From: Octopus sinensis
Lineage: Eukaryota
Reading direction: 5' to 3'
Assembly: GCF_006345805.1 (NCBI RefSeq)
Contig: NC_043007.1
Coordinates: 49,414,001 to 49,478,000, forward strand
Length of the DNA: 64,000 nucleotides
The position numbers and the translations under genes were made by a program. Below, one piece after another: positions 54,604 through 64,000 of this stretch. The stretch's first letter is position 1. Each line of letters begins with the position of its first letter. A model generated the notes under the pieces. It was not told where the DNA came from, did no database searches, and was given only the letters and a program-made list of their open reading frames with translations.

Positions 54604-55269
54604 CTGAAAAGAAAATGCTATTTCTTAAATTTAAAGTTCCTTTTATTTTATGTCAAAATGTCTGAGATAAGTAGTCTTATAATTTTCTCAGATTTTTAAC
54701 CCCATCTTCAAATATGAAACTACTGCGTTTTCATCAGTTTCGTCTCCAATCATCACAAAGTATTCTATTCCTGGATGTGTACAGAATAATAGACTGGATC
54801 CGCACCATAAAATTTAATTTATTTCTCTTTTTAAAAAATATTAATTCTACTTGTTAACTGCCGTCTGTCTTCTCGTAATGTAAAATTTGAAGTAGCCTCC
54901 GTTCAGTTGGACGCTTGGAGATTAATGCTTGTACAAAGAGTACGTTTCAAGGAAGATTAATTAAAGAGTTTATGCAGGGGATTTTGCATTGTAAGATAAA
55001 GAGCTAAAAAAGAAGAGAAGGTGTTGGAATGAGAATTGTAGAGTATGTGCTGATTGGGATGCATACTCTATTGGTTAGCAGTTGTGTTGAATGTGAACTG
55101 TGTGTGAAATAGAATCTGGTATCGCTTACATAAGGGTATGTATTGTGTTATTTCATTGAGTAATAATTTCATAGTGTTTTGTGTTAAGATATGATATTGA
55201 AAGTGTTATTTGGAATGCGGGCAAGTATAAATCAAGTGAAGAATAAAATGTAATGCTTATATAACTTAC

Positions 55270-55414
55270 CTATTGCCAGTAATTGGAAAATACTATGAGA
55301 TACAATCAAAAGAGAAGACGAAACAACAAGCAGCTGCCTAATTTGGTAATTACCATAAGTCTTTAAATTGATGAGTAGATTATCCAAATCATAAACGGCC
55401 TCTGTACCAGCCAT
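55270..55414 (-). CDS. SLC22-family organic cation/anion transporter, coding exon 1 of 10 (spliced CDS 1704 nt, 567 aa)
   Basis: ATG at 55414, MAGTEAVYDLDNLLINLKTYGNYQIRQ...LLAIG, donor G|GTAAGT, 145 nt (phase 1). Resembles the SLC22 N-terminus (D.ll..lG.fG.yQ) plus TM1. Confidence 0.85.
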
Positions 55415-55691
55415 CTACGAAACTTATGGCCGTGCTATTGGCTGGTGATATTATCGGTATTGTTTTCAGTGATTAGTAACAGTCGCCGCGAAGTTGTCGC
55501 TGTTATGCTGTGAAATCGCTGTTCTTATTACATTGGTGAGGTTAATATTGTTAGTAGTCGTAGTGATATTGTTCTTTCATGACTGTGATGGTAGTGGGGG
55601 TAGTTGTTGGTCGAGCTGGTGCTTACGATGGTGGGGGTTGGTATGTGGTGGTGGTAGTGGTGATGATTATATGATATATTCCATATATCGA

Positions 55692-55930
55692 TCTTCTTCT
55701 TCTTCTTCTTCTTCTTCTTCTTCTTCTTCTTCTTCTTCTTCTTCTTCTTCTTCTTCTTCTTCTTCTTCTTCTTCTTCATCCTCCACTTGCTACGCCGTCT
55801 GAATCTTTTAACCTTTCATTTACCCATAGGTCCATATATTCTTTCTTTCTGGCCTTTATTCCATCGTTCGATCATCCAGCCATTTATTCAGTGGTTCCGC
55901 TCTTAAATCTTAGCAATTTCATTCCGTTCA
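55692..55930 (-). mobile_element. possible RTE-like LINE 3' fragment with a (GAA)n tail
   Basis: (CTT)n tract at 55692-55777 preceded on the minus strand by Trp-rich, RTE-like terminal sequence. Confidence 0.35.
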
Positions 55931-55967
55931 TGTAGCAAACCAAATACTGAACGTATACCTATATATG

Positions 55968-56061
<94 letters not shown>

Positions 56062-56359
56062 ATGTATGTACGTATGTATGCATGTATGTAAAAATACTCA
56101 CACACGGTGATGTTAAAATCAGGAAAAAGAAAGGAAAAATGATGATCAGGGAAAGCAAAAAAGCAGTTCATTTGGACAGATATTTTAACTTAATTAACGT
56201 TAATCTTCCTCCTCCTCCTCATCATCATTATCATCATCATCGTTATTATTATTGTCAACTTAGCTATTGTCTTAAATATCAAATTCAAAGAATATGAAAT
56301 GTGGATGAGACAAACAGCAGCAGCAGCAGCAGCACCACCACCACCACCACCACCACCAA

Positions 56360-56428
<69 letters not shown>

Positions 56429-56807
56429 TCTGTTGTTGTTGTTATTGTTGAAATTATTTCCAGAGTGTCTGAGCATAGCTACAGGATGTACCTAGGTAAG
56501 TACGGGTGGTAGATGAGGCAAAGATGGAAAATGAAAAAGAGATAGATAGATAGATAGATAAAAAGAAAGAAAGAATGAATGAATAAATAAATGAAAAAAG
56601 AAAGAAGGAAATTGTGTATAAGGTTTAGACAGAGAAAGAAAGGGAGAGAGAAAGAGAGGGAGAGAGAGGGAGTGAATAAGGGTGTGAGATGTAAGGGAAT
56701 AAAATTCAGTTGTGACGTCAATTCAAATAATTTGGTCCATCCGTAGGTTTGAACTTCCCTTGTGACCTACATATATTGAATGATGTCTAACAACATCCTG
56801 ATGAAGA

Positions 56808-56863
<56 letters not shown>

Positions 56864-56896
56864 GTTTGTCAATTCATCTATCCATCTCTCTCTCTG

Positions 56897-56994
<98 letters not shown>

Positions 56995-57550
56995 GTATAT
57001 TACACGCATACACATACACATACTCACGTGCGCACACACACATGTACTAGGTTACAGATATTTTTTACGAATAAAACTGAACTCTGTACATTCAGAGGAA
57101 TAAAACATGTGTTGTTATATAGTTTGTTATTGGTAATACATCGCAAAATTAGACATGTCTAGCTTTTCAAAAACAGTCATCATAAGATGCTTTCTACCAG
57201 TTCCTTGAGATATACGAGTTATTATTACGTAGTGTTACCGATGATTTTATTTTCGACAATAGATAATAATATTGTGAGAGACATGACTCATTACATATAA
57301 TTATTAATAGGTATGGGCTACTTCCCTTTGCTACATAGAATTAGAAAGACTTTAACATAATTAAGTTGAAGAATTTTAAAAGTATTTCTGAAGAAGAGAG
57401 GGGATAAAAAAACCCTTCCTAGATATACCTTAGAGTGCATTTGATAAACTCTGATGAAATAAGGGTTCTCTGTTAGTGATAAAAGGGAAAGACATGTGTA
57501 TTTGTTTGTATTCGATTGTATGTGTTTGTGTTTGGATGTGTGTGTGTGTA

Positions 57551-57606
<56 letters not shown>

Positions 57607-57764
57607 TTCCTGGTAATTAGACCAGTATAGAAAGGTGCATTATGTGTATAACTTGTAACCATTTCAATTTGATGTCAAAGATTTAATATCACAACATAAC
57701 TGTCTGTAAGTATACCAATACCTTTCAAGCTATACTTTGCTTTGATATTAAATCGCAGCGATTT

Positions 57765-58200
57765 AAGGTGGCGAGCTGGTAGAAACGTCAGCACGCCGGG
57801 TGAAATGCTTAGCAGTATTTCGTCTGCCTCTTGGTTCTGAGTTCAAATTCCGCGGAGGTCGACTTTGTCTTTCATCCTTTCGGGATCGATAAATTAAGTA
57901 CCAGTTGCGTACTGGGGTACATCTAATCGACTGGTCTCCTCCCCCAAAATTTCGGGCCTTGTGCCTAGAGCAGAAATGGATTAAATCGTAGCGAGCTGAC
58001 AGAATTGTTATCAGGCCGGACATTGTATTTAGCGAGTTTTCGTCTGTCTTTGCGTTCGGAGTTCAAATACCACTGATGTGGGCTTTGCATCTCATCCTTT
58101 CGAGTTCGGTAAAATAAGTATCAGTTGAGCACTGGGATCAATGAAATCGAACTAGCCTCCTCCCACAAAATTTCAAGTATTGTACCTATTGTAGAAGTTA
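57765..58200 (+). mobile_element. two tandem SINE family 1 copies
   Basis: aaggtggcgagctggtagaaacgtcagcacgccggg...; second copy from about 57990. Confidence 0.85.
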
Positions 58201-58625
58201 AGAACATTAAGAAATATATGAATATATTCAAAAAGAAAGGAACATAAACACATTCAGGAAGTTAAACATAATATTTCTAACAAACTCATACATAATATTA
58301 TTATCCTAAACAGGAAAGATAGGCAACAAACTGAAAACGATGTAAAGTTTAGATAAAAATTATAGCTACTTAAGTTTAATTAGATTACAAATTAATATCG
58401 ATAAGTAAATTTTAAGCAATATTGATTGATTTATTAATTAAGCAATATTAACAGTAAGATTAGAAACCAGCCGCTAGCAGTAATGTATGTAATTTCCTAC
58501 GTGATTTTGATGTGATAAATATAGTATAAACATTTACACAAACATTTACGCAGACCCCAAAATTTCTGTATCTGTACCACATGGGATGAATAATTCTTAT
58601 AATTTTTCACTTGCTATATTCTCTA

Positions 58626-58714
<89 letters not shown>

Positions 58715-58899
58715 AGCCTTGTCAGAATGGTAGCTTAGTTGTAGCCATCACTTCATAAATAGACATACCTCCATAAGAAGCTGCAATGATCCACAGATCA
58801 GAATTTAACCAATATGTGTTTATAATTAATATAAAATTGAATTGCATATTTCATATGCAAGGTATGTCTTGAACATAAAGCCATACATGATGCATCAAA

Positions 58900-61650
58900 A
58901 CTGATCAGTTTTCTCGTGACAAGTCATGTCACTGGGAAAGATTGTATCGACTGTTTGCAAGTCAACAAAAACTTTCTGGTAGTATAGCAGCTACAGGTTA
59001 GCCAGGTTCTGGATCTGCCATGGGTACCCAGCATACCATGAAGCTAATAATTGCAATCATCCTCAGAATCTGTTAGTTCCAATTCTGGCTCTCTGTCGCC
59101 GTATTCAGTAGCTTAGTTGTCGCATGTTCGTAGCTTGCACATGTCTGTACACCTCAAGCCATTGCTGAGGCAGCTGCATGCTGGTGGTTTACAGGAACGG
59201 ATACATTTGCAGAACAAAAGCTAAAGGACAGCATCCCGTGTAGGTGAGCTGCGTATCTAAGCAATGGCGACGTCACTCTCTTCGTCCAATCTCCAACCAC
59301 AGTCAATGGAGCTTGGGTCAAGGGTTTGAGCCTGTAGACATCTTTTCAAGAGGGCTGGTTGGTAGTTTGCACGAAGAGCATGCATAAACAGATAGTCCTC
59401 ACATGAATATAGTTGACGCGACTCAATTTCTTCACGTCTAGTGCAAAAGATATGATATCGAAGTTTATTTACTTCAGTTGTTGAAGTAGAAGGCATATAC
59501 ATTTGGCAGATGTTCATCTGTATTTTTTGAAACAGTTCAAGAAATACATCGCAAGATTGTCCCAGTTCACTGAATACTTCTTGGAAAGTCTTGTTGGATT
59601 TCATCAGTTTAAACGTTGTCAGCTTTCCATGGCCAGTAAAGGCACTAACTGTATTACAGCCTGTGAAGGCATGCACGTCAATCAAAGCATCAGGCCTGCC
59701 ACCTCCCAGTGTATGACTCATTCTCGTAATGTCAAGGCAGCGTGTTCTGTGCTTTGTACCACACTTCTGGTAGAGGGAGCACGGGATTTTGCTACAGAAC
59801 CCCAGGCACAAAATCAGAGCATCAGTATCCTCAGCACTGATAACAACTTCTGTACTGCGTAGTGCAGGAGTCGCATGCCAGCTTCTTTTTGCGATGAATT
59901 TAACTCAGAGACTTCCTCTTACCTTTCTGTCGTGATCTTGAAGCAGAAGTGTTACAAAAGACCTTTGTCCCCCAGTTTTGGTCTGTATGTTGGTCCTTTC
60001 CATTAATCTACCAGGAACTTTGTTGGAAGGTCTGCTGAGCAACTTACGCCACTACTGGATAGTGTCCCCAGGTAATATGCTTCTGAACTCGATTCCTGTT
60101 TCTAATACCCTGTTAATCCATTGTGTATTTTTATGGATGTTCCTTGTAAACATCAAAGCCAACATCAATACGATATTTCTGGGCTCCTTCGTGGAGAACG
60201 TGCGTCTCGTCACTTCTTTTAAGCTCATCTCGCCAATAATTGTTCTGACTTGGAAGAATTTCTGCTGGGGCAACATTCTTCTCCAACTCTCTATGTAGGA
60301 ATGTTTTGTTGTCTTATGAAGAGTCCCATCATCATTGGCAAGTGCAATTAGTAGCGGACCCAATGGGTGAGCCAATACATCAGCCATATGTAGCTTTCTG
60401 CTTTCTGTTACAAGGATCATGTAACTAAACAAGTCTCGGTCAGCTTTCAAAACCACATCCTTGACATGCCCTTGAATGCGTGGTTTCTTTCTGATGTACG
60501 AGAAAGTTTTCAGTTTCATTTTAGTCATCTTGTCATGGAATGTTTTAGATGGCACATCAGATTCGACACGTTCTTGTCTGAAGAACTGGTATGATTCTTC
60601 TCCAAGCATGTTAGCATCTAGGAGAGCTTTTTTATGTCTGGTGGTGTTGCAGTGGCACTAGACAAGCTCACAAAATCCTAATTTTCAGGTTTGAATGGGT
60701 TTAGCCAACTTACCTCCCTGAGCTGGACAAGGGATTGGGTATCTGATTCATCTTTCTTGATCCTTGACTGACTGAGGTCAGGGTGGTTCAAGCATTTATG
60801 TTTTACTCTATTTGTCATATCTTTCAGTTGCGGCAAGTATGAACTGCGATACTCTGAGGTTAAATAGAACCTAGCCGCTACTCCAGCTTTCAGACTGTCG
60901 TGCCGCCGGGAGTTTGAGTGTCCTTGTTAACCGTCTCTTCGATTGTTTGGTCCACTGGTATACGTCCAAATGGATTTTGTTCTCCAATCTGGACTGCGAA
61001 ACCACCATTCATGAAGTGTGTTTAGACTTCAGGATGTTCAATGTGGAATCGAGACATTATTGCATAATAGTAGATCAGGAATCGAGCTTAGTTCACCTTA
61101 TCATAGGAAAAACACCAAATACCATGGGATCATCTTTCGGATGGACGCAAGATGGAGTATCCAGTAACCTTCTCTGCAAGCTCGTATTAAGCCAAGAATG
61201 AGTTCCATCATGTCTATGTATGACATCCAGAAAGCCGAGACACTGTGGTCGCACCTGAGGTATTCAAGGTAGGTTTGAAACAACTCCAAGATCCTTGTGC
61301 ACGACTCATTTTCCAAGAATCTCTTGGAAGGATATCTGACTGACACTGCTTTGAAATTTGCCTATGACTTTCAATGTTTCTGCTAGGTGAGGCATAACTC
61401 CTGAATTATTGTCCTCTATCCACGGGAGAAACCCTTTCTTTGCAAGCCTCATTAATGCTTCATAAACAAATTTGTATACCGTGACTGCACGGTTGTACTT
61501 GCGACCTTCCATGATCCCAGCCACTGATCCATCTGTGTGATATCTGATTCAATGCACATATCTCTGAGCCTTGCACCTTGAAACCGCTCGCCGAGGATAG
61601 AAAGGAAGTCCCTAATCGTGTGGAAAACTCCTATTCTGTGAAGACCTTAA
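58900..61650 (-). mobile_element. degraded unclassified large-ORF repeat (HAFTGC(D/N)T.SAF and C-terminal CXC-like motifs)
   Basis: GIMEGRKYNRAV, PVDQTIEETVNKDTQTPGG, HPLGP, HAFTGCNTVSAFTGHGK, LRANYQ, GWRL and a Cys-rich C-terminus, in broken frames. Confidence 0.7.
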
Positions 61651-61799
61651 TAATTAAATTATCTTAATAAAAGTTACGCACTCACAACCAACTAAGAAGT
61701 AGCTTTCTTTATTATTGAAAAGATGTAAATGAAAATAATTCAGCGCAGATCCAAAGCAATATTATAATTATCGATATGAGAAGGAAATCTTTCTTTGAT

Positions 61800-62280
61800 G
61801 TCTTTCCTCAGCTGTTTGGGTTTCAAACCAGTCTTTGAAGTAAATAGAGTGCTGATACTGATGGAAAGTCGCAGCAGCCGGCTACGCAAGTAAATAAGAC
61901 CTCGTACCATCCCTTCACAAGCGCCTCATCAACTAAGTCCTGATATTTGGTTTTCTTCAGCTGGTGAGGAATGTCAAATCTGTTTTCTCGGGGCACTATT
62001 AAATTCAAACATGGTGATAGTTTTTGCATTCCAGGATAGCAGAAACAGGTGTGGTTCAAGCGATGTTAACGCGACTCCTTCCAGGAAGATAAGTCAACCC
62101 TTCGGGGCCATCTCATTTTCTAGTCTAAGGCTTTATGCAAAACGGATCCCCCAACTGTAACGCGTACGTTTGGAGTCTTGTTATTTTCCCTTAGAAATTT
62201 GATACCTTTGGCTGTCGTTTAATGCAGTTAATTATCTGGAGGTCTATCTAATTTATGAAAAGATCTTGTCATGCCTCAAT
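61800..62280 (-). mobile_element. HERO/R2-group LINE restriction-like endonuclease remnant
   Basis: LIVPRENRFDIPHQLKKTKYQDLVDEALVKGW...VAGCCDF resembles ELTVPWE...K..KY.DL...GW...VGCRGF. Confidence 0.55.
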
Positions 62281-62599
62281 TGATATCAACCTTCTTCCAA
62301 TGGTTTACGACGTAGTAACGTGATTATAATAACATGATTATGGTAATGTGTAACCTAATAGTCTAGAGTAGGAATTTTTAGAATGAAAAAGATAATTAAT
62401 TAATGGATAATTAATTAATTCTGTAACACCATTAAATGGAATTATTATGAGCCCTTTTGAAATAATTATAAAATAGCATTACATTGATAAGTCATGTTTC
62501 TCCAGGTTAATCATATTTTTTGTCAAATAAAGATGAAGGATTTAAAAACTTATATTTTTTTTATTCTTCTTGCGGTTGTCGACTAATTAATCTCAGCAT

Positions 62600-63550
62600 A
62601 TGATACGAAAGTCATTGATTCAATAAAATAACGAAAGGTATTGGTTATTGTTATGACAGCAGTACAGAGCAGAAATGTGTCTGTTTGGAGCTGTGGGATG
62701 GTGCCGAGTCCCTCTTGGAGACTCCAAAGTGCACCTTGCAAGTGCTCATTCACCCATGGTGGCAGTTCAGCTTCCAAAATGTCACTAATGTATCGTTGGG
62801 TGTTGATCTTAACACCCGTGGCACAAAAACGTGGAGAGACCTTCCAATTGCTCTAACAGCCACCCAAACCATAACTGATTTTGTCGTCGATTTACGAGTC
62901 TATCCTCGATGGAGCCAGATACACTCCAAAGTCGACCTGGTGGTTTACTGTCTGTTCGATGTCAATTTTCTTCACCAGTGAACACCAAGTTGGACAGCGT
63001 GCCTTCAGCAAACTGACGCAGTATAAGACGACTTTTCTCTAGTTTCTTGACCTTATAAACTTGCGTGAGCTCATGACAACAGATCATCATGTTTGGGCGG
63101 GTCCTGAGATCCTCCTTCAGCACTTGATACATCGATGTTTGGCTTACTTTTGCTGTGGCAGCTAGTTTTCTGTCGGAACGGCCAGGATTTCGCCGTATCT
63201 TTTCTTTGATACATTTGATAAACTGAATGGTCCGCACACTTCTTTTTCAGCTACGTCCAGGTCGATCAGCGGTGGAACCAGTTTCTTGAAATTTCTTGAC
63301 AATTTTCCAGTCTGTTGTTCGGTTAATAGCCTTTTTGCTATAGGTGTATTACTTTCGTCACTTTTGTGGTGAATTATGATTGTATTTCGGTCTATAGCCG
63401 TTATCCAATTTATAGATATGAATTCATTCACTTTGAAACAAAAACAAGATATACTAAGTTTTATAATGATATATAATTTTCGTATCTTATATTTATTGAT
63501 AATTATTAAAACACGAAACTTCGGTTGCCTTAATTTCGGGACACCCCGTG
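62600..63550 (-). mobile_element. maT/DD37D-like Tc1-mariner remnant with one TIR
   Basis: IRRNPGRSDRKLA...LKEDL HTH, LVFTGEE, degraded FQQD-like region; TIR cacggggtgtcccgaaa ending near 63550. Confidence 0.7.
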
Positions 63551-63768
63551 TGTGTATTTATATATATATAGGGAATGGAGTAGATAAAACGCAGGTTACA
63601 TATGCTTCATAGCTTGCGGAATTTCAGAAGTAGTAATTATCTAAACGAGGAGTAGACCGCAAGCAACTCCTCAGACCAAGGATACCTTGATTATATTGTC
63701 GTTAGGAGTTCCCCGTGTTAACTGGCAGCCGGATCGAAAATAATATCTGTATCTATTTCTCTCTCTCT

Positions 63769-63823
<55 letters not shown>

Positions 63824-64000
63824 TAGATAGATAAAGATAGTTATTGTAATGTTATTCTCAGTTCGAATATGCTTGAGGCACGTTCGAACCGGTGAACAAG
63901 TTATTCACTGCGTTTTGTCACGGAAATTATATCATTTTGTTAACAAAGTGTGTGTATAAATCCAGATCAGCTCGCAGCACCAACTACCAAGACTGTGAGA

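Overview
AT-rich, microsatellite-dense eukaryotic DNA. The SINE families look like those of octopus or another cephalopod, which is an inference from repeat recognition. One complete protein-coding gene is present: a 10-exon SLC22-family (organic cation/anion, MFS) transporter on the minus strand, ATG 55414 to stop 6529, 1704 nt, 567 aa, with all splice phases consistent. Its introns and flanks are filled with mobile DNA: R4/Dong-type LINEs in (TAA)n tracts, Tx1/L1-like, CR1-like, HERO-like and RTE-like LINE pieces, three Penelope-like elements (PLEs), mariner/Tc1/maT and Merlin DNA transposons, MITEs and several SINE families. The main discovery is in intron 2 (49621-50832): a 435-bp tandem unit carrying an intact type I hammerhead ribozyme. 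It occurs three times (two tandem copies on the gene's sense strand, one inverted) and is inserted into a PLE, i.e. a retrozyme-like, potentially circRNA-producing element. Degenerate PLE hammerheads lie nearby. Also notable: a 5.4-kb Merlin element with about 1.2-kb inverted arms, an 8-bp TSD and two divergent transposases; a LINE-SINE pair sharing a covarying 3' hairpin; and an unclassified large-ORF element.
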